Below are positions 12,169 through 24,329 of a DNA stretch of 64,000 nucleotides, piece by piece. A model generated the notes under the pieces. That model was given only the letters and a program-made list of their open reading frames with translations. It had not been told where the DNA came from and did no database searches. The DNA is from Ginglymostoma cirratum. Taxonomy: Eukaryota. The DNA lies in contig JAHRHZ010000115.1 of the NCBI GenBank assembly GCA_024137785.1, forward strand, positions 701,579 through 765,578, read 5' to 3'. Numbering within the stretch: position 1 is the first letter of the stretch; every line of letters begins with the position of its first letter. The position numbers were made by a program, and so were the translations under genes.

Positions 12169-13334
12169 AGTACTAATGACTTTGTTCCTCCAATTGTGAT
12201 TTAAATACACAACGCTTAATTAATTGTGTTTGACACTTTTACTAATATTTCATCCATTCAGTTCAAGTTGATTATTAACAGACCCAGTACTCATGTCTTA
12301 TACAGTTAATGCACCCTACTCAGACGCACTCTTATTCGGAGATAGAGTAAAGCTCACGCATTGCCGCATTCCACAAAGTACCTTCTCCATCTCAAATCCC
12401 ACTCAGATTAAATTTGAGAATGTCCAATCTTTTGACAAATTCACACCCCGCATTTTGATCTAGCTGTTCCTAATTCCCAAAGTGCCTAATTCTTCAAAAT
12501 TTATGTTTGCTTTAAAATGCTGCTTTTCACGAATTGGCAGCGTAAACCTAAGAGACTTTATGAATTATTTTTGATGGTAACATACCAACAGGAAAGACAA
12601 GCTAAGGGCAACAAATATCAACGACGACAGAGCAACTTGATTTTAACTTTTGTTCCTAAGGAACTGCCAGGTATCTTGCACCAAGGCACTAATTGAGAGT
12701 ATTTATCTTCACTTCTACACTAGAGAGGACAAAAAGAAAAATTGTTGTTTTTCAGCAGAGGGAGACGAGAGGGAACGTTTAAGCGACTGTGCTCTTGTTT
12801 CCCGTACAGATTTTTTTAACTGTAGAGGCCATTTGTAATGTGAACTAGTTGCGTTTTCTTACTGTCCGAAGATTTAAAATGTCCACGCGAAATTATAATT
12901 TTGAAGCATGTTGGACACGCGTGTCACCGTTAATCACCTCTTAACATTGAATTCCCATAATCAAAACCAAAGCTGATGATTGCATTACCCCAATTCGTAC
13001 TCCACAGTTTTGTCTCAGTTCTGTGGAACTCATGGGATCAATTCTGATTTCCGAACGTCTGTCGTCATTTAGTTTCAGGTACAGTACACTTATTGATATT
13101 TCCGAAAACATATTCAGAAATATTTTTATCCATCTCTGGGGCAGTGGCTGATTGAACTCAGGCCCCTTGTCTCATAGACAGAAATTCTATCACTGCAACA
13201 AAAGAGTCTTTCGCAAAGCAATAATCTTTCCACAACGACGAGAAATGCTCCCCACACCATTCGGGTCAGACCTCATTATTGGCAGTTGATTAAAATTAAA
13301 ACCACGACGAAAATGAGCATGGTTTAGTAAGACA

Positions 13335-14360
13335 GCAGAAACACACACAGATACAGACACGTGCTCACAAACACACACATAAAAACACAAATACGCAGAA
13401 TCTCACGTAAAGACACGTACTTGCGCACACAGCAATGTGCATACAAATAAGCCATCACACTAGCATACACGCACGGATACACATATGCATATGATCATGA
13501 ACATCCACGTAAATAACTGCATACAAAAGCAGATACACGGAAACACACACACACACACAAAAGCGAGCGTGCGCGCACACACACGTACACACACCACAGA
13601 CACAAGTGAACAGTGGTACATACACATAACCATGAAAAATATGGACACAAGTTAACACTCAAATGGAGACGAATGTATGTACATTCGTTCACCATAAAAC
13701 CTACTGACATACATGCATAAATGCACAGATACAGCATCTGAAAACGTCATTCCAAATGTATGCTCACAGAGACACGGTTGAGCACAGAGATAAATATTAA
13801 ATTCATCACTATCCCATTTTCACAAACATAGAGATATGACGAGAAAGGCAGATTAATAGTTTATTTTTAAATGCCACTCATTTGCACATATACACTGTCA
13901 TGCTTACATACAACTTCAGAGTCTGACATGCAGACACGCAACTGTGCAGATCAATAAACAGTGGAGCATTTACAAGGCAAGGGTTAGGATACAAGCATCC
14001 GCAAACATCCGCGCGCAATAACACAACCAAACATATCAAGGATTGTTTATGTGCACAGGCACACAAAAAGGCATCACATAAATATAGCCATCCATCAAAA
14101 CAGAAAGTTTCATACTTACATAATATATACATATGGAGCACAAACTTGAAAATAACCTAACGTATGTACGATCGGAAATAGATACATAAACGCATATTTT
14201 AGATGGCACTAATGCAAAACAAACGCATTCGCAATGACATTAAAAGATAAAGACAGGCATCAACGAATGAAGTGACATGTTAACACAATGTGAAATTGTG
14301 AAATTAACAACATCTGCATACACAATCACAGCCATGTAAATGAACGCACCAGCACTAAAG
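13335..14360 (+). repeat. CA-rich low-complexity tract between secretory polyA and TM1
   Basis: Dense imperfect (CA)n/ACAC/ACAT including a short pure (AC)n run near 13543; mirrored at 30150-31240. Confidence 0.8.
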
Positions 14361-15044
14361 GAACATGGATATGTTTATTTACGTCCAAACTCCAACATGG
14401 ACGCTGCGAAGTAAGAGAAACTCGTGAACAGATTCACAAACATTAAAGGAAAATCATAGACACCAAGCTATAGACAAAAATAAATGAAGGTGGACGCGCA
14501 CAAAAATTTACTCCCAAAGTATACTGATGCCACAAACAAAAATATGAAGCAGTGTCTTTACTGTGCATCTGAATTATGTTCATGATTTGCCAAGCAATTG
14601 TTCACGAATAATTGAAGAAGACGAGTAATCATATTTTAACTCTTATTCAAGGATGGCCAAAATTTTCAACTAAAGAGCTGTCACAGCCTATATTTAAAAT
14701 ATAATTATGTTATAATAATAATAACTAATAATAATGATAATCGTTCCCAATGAGTGTTCCGCAAATGCTAACAATGATAACATCACACAATAATTGATTA
14801 AATGACGAAGTAATTCAAAATGTTCTGACACACATAATAAAGGAAGACTGTGTGCAGTTAGTGTTAGCAATTTATTGCTGACAGACACGAACGCAATCAT
14901 AGATCCAGGTAGGGAGTCAAATTTGAGAACGTCCCTACAGCTTGAAAAAAATGTTATGGTCCATGATTACATGATTTATACATAGGCTTATCAGTCTGGA
15001 TCGACAAACAACGCAAATGCATTCTCTCGGTTTTATATTCATAG

Positions 15045-15172
15045 ATTCAATAGATTACCCTTGGATTGAAGATTATGAGGATGATAACAGCAACATCGGG
15101 ACGACTGCTTCCACATTCATTACCCTGTTCTTCCTGAGTATTTTCTACAGCGCTGCCGTCACTCTGGTGAAG
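15045..15172 (+). CDS. IGHM: IgM TM1 exon (copy 1)
   Basis: catAG acceptor, AAG|GTGGGA donor; (D)SIDYPWIEDYEDDNSNIGTTASTFITLFFLSIFYSAAVTLVK: acidic spacer plus antigen-receptor TM motif with YS. Confidence 0.93.
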
Positions 15173-15308
15173 GTGGGAATAATTAAATAATTCACGCTTC
15201 AAACAGAAAAATATGGTTTGTCAAATCTCTAATGTCGTTGAATAAAAATTAAACCTAAATGCTCCTGATCATAAACATCTGGATCATTATTTTATCGCTT
15301 TTTTCCAG

Positions 15309-15317
15309 GTCACGTGA
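15309..15317 (+). CDS. IGHM: IgM TM2 exon, coding part (V-T-stop)
   Basis: ttttccAG|GTC ACG TGA; aligned with GTC AAG TGA in copy 2. Confidence 0.88.
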   Translation, partial: VT

Positions 15318-15729
15318 ATAAATTTTGGATCCTGTAGAATTTTCTCATCTATTTGTTGAGCCTTCTGAAATCCATATCTACAATCTATCCTGTTGTTGAC
15401 TCTAACAGTGCGATAACTTCAGTTTATAAGTGTGTAACTGACAAAATAATTGATGGCGTTTCCCTTTCTTTGACATCGTTAAGAAAACTATGGTTGAAAT
15501 ACTTTGTAACTTCCCATTTTTTGAAGACAGCTTGTTTTTTTTGTCGCTATTGTTTTTCCTTATTCAGAGTGGTGGCCTAACCTTTATTTTGAGACTGTAC
15601 TTTCTCTTTCTGATGATTGTTACAGCTCAGAGCACGTGTGTCTTCATTCCAATGTGCTATCAATTCATTATATTCCCTTTCAATAACATTAACATACATT
15701 TTTGGATAAAAATGCTGTCTGAAATAGTT

Positions 15730-15735
15730 AATAAA
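15730..15735 (+). terminator. Candidate membrane-form polyA signal
   Basis: AATAAA conserved at the homologous position of copy 2 (28868-28873, - strand). Confidence 0.6.
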
Positions 15736-16720
15736 TCATTAATGAATATTCACAAACCTCGAGTTGGCTTAATTCTTTCTTCAAAGCCCATCAGTAATAA
15801 TATATTTTCCCCTGTTTATGTGGCCCACTCCCTTCCCACCCAAATGCTTTTCACGTCTTATAACTGGGGGTGTTTCACTGTCATTTCGGTTAATGCTGCG
15901 ACACCTTGCAGTCCACCATTGTATATCAATCTTTAACTCAGTCTGCCTAATGTAACACTCCAGAGGCAGAATGACTAGAGCGCAAGGAAACCCTCGATGT
16001 TTCCTTTTATGCACAGGGGGTCACGGCCTCGTGTCAAGTATGTTTAAAAAATAAGATCTTTGTTCTACAAGAAGCCTATAGAAGGCAGGAAATAGAGTTA
16101 TAAATCTCACTCTGCTCTGTCTAAAATAAAACTGCTCCCTACATTGGTACAGCGTGGGTTAATAAAGGATGAACCTCCACTTAAAATGCCAAATTAAATA
16201 TTCATCAGCCGAAACTGTCAACGTTCAGTCAGGAATAGAGACACAGCCGTGGGCAAACCAAGGGCTGACTCTTCGTCCTGAAGTTGTTTTTTTACATAAG
16301 TCTCATGAAGCACAAATGTTTGAAACTATTTGAAACACAGCTCCTTCCAGATGCCAAGGAAGGAGAATAAAAACTGCCTGATACAGGGTTATCAGTGAAT
16401 AGCACACTTCACAATTGTAAATCAGAGTTCAATGTCGATCAGACAAGGCAGAAATGAAAAATACTGGAAATATTCAGCATTCAGGCCTGTGTAGCGCAGG
16501 ACAGAATTCTACAGAAATAATAACAGAAATAATAGTTTGTATCCTATCTGGTCTAGAGATGCAGAAGCCTTCTCCACGAGTTATAGTTTATTTATTCTGG
16601 GAGCTATATATGTAATATGAATCCGTTACGTGAAAAAAATCTGTAGACATTTGAAATCACAAATCGACTAAGACTTGCCTCGGCCAAATTTGATATCTTA
16701 TTCAGCCTGGAACACCCAGT

Positions 16721-18130
16721 ATACAAAGGATGGGGTATTCAGTGTACAGACAGATAGAGCAAGCAGAGAATCTATGAGGAAGGATAAGCAGTTGATAGGG
16801 CAAAGTGGCAGTCAGTGTGACGCGTTGAGGTGTGTCTACCTCAATGCAAGAAGTATCAGGAATAAGGTTGATGAACTTAGAGCATGGATCAGTAATTGCA
16901 ACTACGATGTTGTGACCATTACAGAGACTTGGATATCGCAGGAATCGTTATTGAATGTTCGGGGTATAAAAGTTTCAAAAGAAATAAGGATGGACGTAAA
17001 AGAGGTGGGACAGTGGCATTGCTAATCAGGGATAGTATCACAGCTGCAGAAAGGGAGGTCGTGGATGAGGCTTTCTCCACTGAGTCAGTATGGGTGGAAG
17101 TCAGAAACACGAAAGGAGCAGTCACTTTATTGGAAGTTTTTTATAGGCCCCCGAATAGGAACAGAGACACTGAGAAACAGATTGGGAGACAGATTCTTGA
17201 AAGTTGCAGAAGTAACAGAGTTGTTGTCATGGGCGACTTCAACTTCCCTAATATAGACTGGAACCTCGCAAGTGCAAATAATTTGAATGGAGCAGGTTTT
17301 GTCAGGAGTGTCCAGGAAGGATCTCTGACTCAATATGTAGATAGGCCGACTAGAGGGGAGGCCATATTGGATTTGGTGCCTGGGAATGAACCAGGTCAGG
17401 TGTCATATCTCTCGGTGGGAGAGCATTTTGGTGATTGTGATCACAACTCCCTGACTTTTATTATAGTCATGGAGGTGGATAGGAGTAGACGGTATGGGAA
17501 AGTATTTAATTAGGGGAGGGGGAATTGCAATGCTATTAGGCAAGAACTACGGAGCTCCCACTGGGATAAGAAGTTCTCATGAAAATGCACAATAGAAATG
17601 TAGAGGTTGTTTAGTGCCCAGTTGCTACAGATACCGGACAGGTTTGTCCCACTGAGGCAAGGAAAGGATGGTACGGTGAAAGAACCTTTGCTAACAAGGC
17701 GTGTTGAACACCTAGTCAAGAGGAATAAGGAAGCTTACTTAATGTTGACGAAGCAAGGATCAGACAGGTCTCTAGAGGTCTACTAGGCAGCCAGGACGGA
17801 AATGAAGAATAGACTTAGGAGAGCTAGAAGTGGGTATGAGAAAACCTTGGGGGGTGGATCAAGGAAAACCCCAAGGCTTTCTATACTTATGTGAACAACA
17901 AGAGGATGGCCAGAGTGAGGGTAGGGCTAATCAGGGATAGTGGAGGGAACTTACGTGTGGAGTCAGAGGAGGCAGGGGAGGTCCTCAATGACTACTTTGC
18001 TTCAGTATCACCAGTGAGGGGAAACTTGACGTTTGTGAGGACAGCATGAAACAGGCAGAAATGCTCGAACAGGTTGTTGTTGGGAAGGAGGATGTGCTAG
18101 AAATTTTGAAAAACATGAGGATAGAGAAGT
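16721..18130 (+). mobile_element. CR1-like LINE ORF2 N-terminal part (APE endonuclease), disrupted, lacking RT and 3' end
   Basis: LRCVYLNARSIRNKVDEL..ITETW / GGTVALLIR..FYRPP..VMGDFNFPNIDW..TRGEAILDLV..DCDH. Confidence 0.92.
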
Positions 18131-19925
18131 GAGAGATAATAGGTACTGCAAATGCTGGAGAATCCGAGATAACAAGGTGTGGAGCTGCATGAACACAGCA
18201 GGTCAAGCAGCATCATAGGAGCAGGAAAGCTTGACGTTTCAGGCCTGGACCCTTCATCAGAAATGGGGGAGGGAAAGAGGGTTCTGAAATAAATAGGGAG
18301 AGAGGGGGAGGCGGATAGAAGATGGATAGAGGAGAGGATAGGTGGAGAGGAGACAGACAAGTCAAAGAGGCGGGGATGGAGCCAGTAAAGGTGAGTGTAG
18401 GTGGGGATGTAGGGAGGAGATAGGTCAGTCCAGGGAGGACGGACAGGTCAAGGGGGCGGGATGAGGTTAGTAGATAGGAGATGGGGGTGCGGCTTGAGGT
18501 GGGAGGAGGGGATAGGTGAGAGGAAGAACAGGTTAGGGAGGCGGGGACGAGCTGGGCTGGTTTTGGGATGCGGTTGGGGGAGGGGAGATTTTGAAGGTTG
18601 TGAAATGCAAATTGAAACCATTGGGCTGCAGGGTTCCCAGGCTGAATATGATTTGCTGCTCCTGCAGCCTTCGGGTGGCATCATTGTGGCATTGCAGGAG
18701 GCCCAGGATGGACATGTCGTCTGAGGAATGGGAGGGGGAGTTGGAATGGTTCGCGACTGGGAGGTGCAGTTGTTTGTTGGGAACTGAGCGCAGGTGTTCT
18801 GCAAAGCGGTCCCCAAGCCTCCGCTTGGTTTCCCCGATGTAGAGGATGCCACAATGGGTACAGCGGATGCAGTATACCACATTGGCAGATGTGCAGGTGA
18901 ACATCTGCCTGATGTGGAAAGTCTTCTTGGGGCCTGGGATTGCGGTGAGGGAGGAGGTGTGGGAGCAGGTGTAGCACTTCCTGCGGTTGCAGGGAAAAGT
19001 GCTGGGTGTGGTGGGTCTGGAGGGGAGTGTGGAGCGGACAAAGGAATCACAGTGAGAGTGGTTCCTCCGGAAAGCAGACAAGCGTGGGGAGGGAAAAATG
19101 TCTTTGGTGGTGGGGTCGGATTGCAGATGGCGGAAGTGTCGGAGGATGACGCGTTGGATCCGGAGGTTGGTCGGGTGGTACGTGAGGACGAGGGGGATTC
19201 TTTTTTGGTTGTTTTATGCGGGGACGGGGTGTGAGGGATGAGTTGCGGGAAATGCGGGAGACACGGTCGAGGGCATTCTCGACCACTGCTGGGGGAAAGT
19301 TGCTGTCCATGAAGAATGACGACGTCTGATATGTACGGGAGTGGAATGCCTCATCCTGGGAGCAGATGCGGTGGAGGCGAAGGAATTGGGAATAGGGGAT
19401 GGCATTTTTGCAGGAAGGTGGGTGGCAGGAGGTGTCTTCTAGGTAGCTGTGGGAGTCGGTGGCCTTGAAATGGATATCGGTTTCTAGGTGGCTACCCGAG
19501 ATGGAGACAGAGAGGCCCAGGAAGGAGTGAGAGGTGTTAAAGATGGTCCAGGTAAACTTCAGGTTGGGGTAGAAGGTGTTGGTGAAGTGGATGAACTGTT
19601 CAAGCTCCTCGTGGGAGCACAAGGAGGGTCCAATACATTCATCAATATAACGGAGGAAGAGGTGAGGGATGGGGCCAGTGTAGCTGCAGTAGAGGAACTG
19701 TTCCTCGTATCCTACAAAGAGGCAGGCATAGCTTGGGCCCATGCGGGTACCTATGACAACCCCCTTTGTCTGTAGGAAGTGGGAGGAGTTGAAGGAGAAG
19801 TTTTTAAGGGTGAGGACGAGTTCAGCTAAGTGGTAAGAGTGTCAGTGGAGGGGCACTGGTCGGACCTGCTGGACAAGAAGTAGCGGAGGGCTTCTAGGCC
19901 ATCTGTATGGGGAATGCAAGTACAC
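18131..19925 (-). mobile_element. Penelope-like retroelement (probably Neptune-type): partial RT, Cys linker, GIY-YIG endonuclease, 3' terminal repeat
   Basis: YTCIPH near 19920; GTRMGPSYACLF; FLRYIDE; HPPSCKNAIPYSQFLR; CNRRKCYTC linker; NVVYCIRCTHCGILYIGETKRRLGDRFAEH; frameshifts between ORFs 19047-19742 and 18533-19081. Confidence 0.93.
18229..18264 (-). ncRNA. Minimal type-I hammerhead ribozyme motif in the PLE terminal repeat
   Basis: Minus strand reads UUU-CUGAUGA-AGGGUCCAGGCCU-GAAA-CG-UC^AAG: both core boxes, stem II, palindromic ACGU in place of helix III, GUC cleavage triplet. Confidence 0.75.
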
Positions 19926-20149
19926 ACCAGCAACACCCACATCCCACAAATTAAGAGGAAAAAATGAGAGTGCTAAATGTTTCACTGTGTGCTAATGTAA
20001 ACAAAGGCATCCAAATACAAGGAACCCCATCTCTTCGAAACTATGACCCTGCTCAGCCACTTCATCCACATCCCCGATGGCATCCTTTACTCTTCCACTC
20101 ATTTGCTTAACATGAATCCGTCTACACTGCCTTAAAAAGGTAATAACAA

Positions 20150-21750
20150 ATACATCTTCAAAGTTTTTGTTTAAACAAGATTGCCAAAGACTGCAAGTGA
20201 GTAGATATTATTTTGTCTTAAGTTGGCAAATCCTGATTTTTCAACTTTGAACACTAATCCGAAAAGAGAAAAGGCCTTTTCCCCATTTACCACGTACAGA
20301 TGATTCACAATCTAATTTTTTTTTTGAATGTAGCGCCCTTCATTTGTTTAAATTTAGGCGTGTACAGGCCAATCCAGTCGAAACGTTACTCGCTGTAGAA
20401 ACTATCTCTTCCAGGTAGAAGCCTAATAAATCTTCCCTGAACATCTACCAACGCATTTCCATCCTTCATTCCACGAGGATCTATGTGTTTCCACGAATAT
20501 TGATGTGGTCTCATTGAATGCACTGTCTACATATATCATGATCTTTGTAATCGTTTATTCAACTCCCCTGAACTACACTCTGAAGTCTTTTCATTTTCCG
20601 AGGGATTTGTAGTTCCAACATTCTCACTTTTTTGCAATTGATGTGCAAAGACATTCTGGTGCCTCTGCATCACTGATTTGCGCCTTAATCTTCCTTAAAA
20701 AAAGGTCATATTCATATCTTAGCCATGATACTCCATTTTTTAGATCCTTTCCCATTCACCTAACTGATATCTACCTCCTTGGAGCCTCGTCTTGTCCCCT
20801 TCAAACCTAACATTTCTACCTATCAATGAGTTATCAGCATATTAGCAGCCACTATTTTCGCCCCTTTTGCCAAGTAATTTAAAGAAACTTATATGTTGAG
20901 GTCCTAATCCTGATCAATTGTCATGCGGCTCTTTAAATCTTGGCAATCAGAAAAGTACTGCACCATGTTTGTTCTTTGTTTCCAATAAACTAGCCAATAT
21001 TATATCTGTTCCAATGTATCACCACTTAATTATGAACTTCTATGTTCCACTACAAACCTTGATGTGACATTTTGTTCAATGTCCTTTAGGAAGACTTATG
21101 CAATGTTAACCATCGTTACAAAGTGATTTGAGTACAGGAGTAGTGAACCCATACTTAATGGTATAGGGCTTGTTTAGACCAGCAGTGGAATAGGTGCACC
21201 GTTAAAGTCGCCTTTTCTTTGAAAAGATGTTGTTACCTTAGAGAGCGAGCTGGGAAAGATTGAGCAAACTTTGATCAGTCATGATCGTATTGAATCTTGG
21301 GACAAGCTCGGTGATCTGAATAACCTACTCCTGGTCTCTGTTTCCCCACGTTTCTTTGATCTCTGGACATCCAAGTTTTGCTTCTCCTTTATCGACTGCG
21401 CATATTAATTCGTCAAAAATCTAGAATTAACTCTCGGCATGATATTCCCATTACAAAGTAATATTGATTCCACCTGATTGTCCTAATACTTTTAAAGTGC
21501 TTTGGTATAATTTCCTTTATTACAGCTTCTTGCATATTCCTTATGCAGATGCCAAATTAACTGGCAAGTAGTTTTCTGCTTTCTGTACCTCTCCTTTTTA
21601 CTAAAGGATTTCGATTTACACTTTTCCAATCTACTGGAACATTTCTTGAATCTCACGAATGTTGGAAAATAAAAATCAACAGATTAAATATTTCACGAAT
21701 TACTTCTGTTAATATCTTAGCATGAAGTTGACCACTACCCAGGGATGTTA
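20150..21750. mobile_element. Highly degraded CR1-like fragments
   Basis: Scattered CR1 ORF2-like phrases in both orientations (e.g. GAGTACAGGAGTAG..GGTATAGGGC..TTAGACC ~21130; TTCCAATCTACTGGAAC ~21624). Confidence 0.45.
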
Positions 21751-23646
21751 ACACGGAGTTCAAGCTATTTGATTCAGAACACTTCACTAACGGGGGTATT
21801 TTATTGCTGTCTTAACCTCATCTCATTTTCCTCATTTGCGAGTTAATTCTGATGTGTTTCATAATTTGCAAATCTACTCTTTTTGAATGTGCTTGTTCTA
21901 AAGACTGACTATTGCCTTGATTTTTTCAGAAACCATGATTAAAAATCCCTACTTTGAACAAAGTTTCAAATATTATTAAAATCTGTTATTGAAATTTCCT
22001 CTGATGAGCTTCTGGTGTTTAACATTTTTAGTCATAATTTGCTTCAAGCAGAGGGTTTAAACATGGGTTTCTCTAATTTACCACCTCTGGCTTTTGCGTG
22101 TATACAAAAATATTGATGCGAATCAGAATGAACAGATTGTTTTCAGTTTCTGTATCAGATGTTCCTTTGTCAGAGTAGACTTCATAACCTCCTCGAATCT
22201 GCTGTGTTTTCCCTCAAGTTGGAAAACAAAGCAAGCCTGTTTCAGAAGGCATCAGTTCTAATCATGACAGCCACGAGGCTTCCAATCTGCTTGGGCCATG
22301 TTCGCCCTCTGACACTTCATTTCATGCTGTGTTCGGCTTTAAACGGTCATACATTTCTTGCCTCCTGTTTTCCTGTTGGAATCGAATGTATACTACGCTC
22401 ACTGCCTCACTCTATATAACATCAGTAAACATTGTTGTCATTCCAGATATCTCTGTGGACTTGATCAGGAGATTCTGAGTCCTTCCACAACTCTGAGGAG
22501 AGAAAGTATGCTTTCTTTAGTAATGACTGGTATTTCACACCCACAATCCATTAAAGGAAATCTGTCCTTTGCTGAATGAAGATGCAGCCAAGACTTGATC
22601 CCTTCACCTTTCCTGAGCGTGCAAAACACACACAAGGCAAATCTGATCAGAATTAATTATATTATACCCTACCGCAGTGAACGTTTGCCCGCATTGTGCA
22701 ATAGAGACTCTGAAATGAATAAAACAGCCTTAGGTTAACAATGTCTCCAACTTCTTGACAATGGTCTGACCTGTTTTCAGCGTTCCGTGCCCTTGTGCTA
22801 AGGCTACGTAGCACTCTGGTGGAAAAAAATGAAATGTCAGAAATGGGATGTATCCTCTGTTTAAATTAGATGTGGTCAATGTTGATGAAGGGTCAGTGTG
22901 TTGTTTCCGTCAATGATGTCGCCTGACCTACGGATTTATTGCAATATTTTATTTTTTCAGTTACCAGTACGAGGCACCTTGAGTGTGTTACTAAGCCAAC
23001 TCCATCTCCTTTATGGTTAAATAGCATTTGACTCTGTTATTCGCCTTTTGGCAAGATTGTACCAATGGATCCTGAGTCACATATGTTACTGTATCAGGCA
23101 GAATCTGGAACTGAATGCAATAGATACAGTCATCGTCATAATCAGCCTGCATTCTGTGATATGTTAAATCATGCACTAAGGTCTCTCTTTCTCTCTCTGA
23201 TGTTACGGCATCAAATGTTATGTTTGTTCCAATCAACTTCACTGCCACATGTGTCCACTCTTATTACGTAAGAGTCTATCACTGTAATGATTTCGGTAGA
23301 TCAAACCTTTCATTCAAATGTTACAGAAAATGATTATAATGATTATTGGAAACTTGTCAGATTTAACAAGAAAATTATTTGTGGCAAAAACAAAATTTGA
23401 CTCTGCCTCTTTCACTGCTCCACCAAGATATGTTTTAGTTATATTTCAATGCGTTATGTATTCTATTAAAAACGTATAGTAAACCTTACATTTTTATTCC
23501 TGGTGTGCTCTGTGTCGATGTTTTATTTTCTTTACTCCAACAGTAATTTCGTGATATTGCTGAAGTAGCAAATATCTTTAGTTAATCAAGTCTAGATCCT
23601 GCCTCTGTTCTTATTGCAGGAGTCAATATCTCTGTTTATGTTAAAA

Positions 23647-23772
23647 AGATAGTAGGAACTGCAGATGCTGGAGAATCTGAGATAAAAAGGTGTAGAGCTG
23701 GATGAACACAGCAGGCCAAGCAGCATCAGAGGAGCAGGAAGGCTGACGTTTCGGGCCTAGACCCTTCTTCAG
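23647..23772 (-). mobile_element. Solo PLE terminal repeat ending exactly at a hammerhead core (23745-23772)
   Basis: Near-identical to the arm at 265-380; minus strand CUGAAGA-A-GGGUCUAGGCCC-GAAA-CGUC. Confidence 0.85.
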
Positions 23773-23859
23773 CAAGACAAGGGAACCTTTCCTTTCGGCC
23801 TTCTTCAGTGGCAAATCCTAACCACGAGACCACCAGGGAAGATATGGGAAACATTTTTA

Positions 23860-24140
23860 TCTGCGAGTTCATACAGGAGAAAGACCATTCCTCTGTCTTG
23901 AACGTGGGAACGGCTTCACGAATTCACTTGACCTTCTGACACACTGGTGAATTCATATTGATATGAGACTGTTCACCTGCTCTGATTGTGGGAGAGGATT
24001 CACTCAGTCATCTATCCTGCTGACACATCAGTGAGTTCACCCTGAGGAGAGGCCATTCATCTGCTCCAAATGTGGGAAAGGACCTCACTGTTACTCCATT
24101 TACTCAGTCACCGGTGAGTTCACAGAAGACTACAGTAACT
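23860..24140 (+). pseudogene. C2H2 zinc-finger pseudogene remnant (about 3 fingers) between the two IgM copies
   Basis: [11 protein letters not shown]..; [36 protein letters not shown] with stops and indels; 3' flank resembles that of the 36.5-37.6 kb ZNF. Confidence 0.8.
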
Positions 24141-24329
24141 GTTATTTTCTGTTCATCACATTGAAGAATGAAATACGCTAATTGAGATCTCCTGTTGGTG
24201 TTAGTAAGCTTCAGCCCAAATAAAATGCCCAATTTTCTGATTACAATCAAATAAATCAGCTTTGTATTAAATAAAGTGCTTTACTCTTTTTGTTCTATCT
24301 AACACACAAGTTAATCCTTTTGAAGGGGT

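Noticed and set aside
13190-14141. Cys/Val-rich ORFs here and at 30952-31330 sharing RSDPNG
   Set aside because: Translations of TG repeats antisense to the Ig intron; the shared peptide only reflects paralogous intron similarity.
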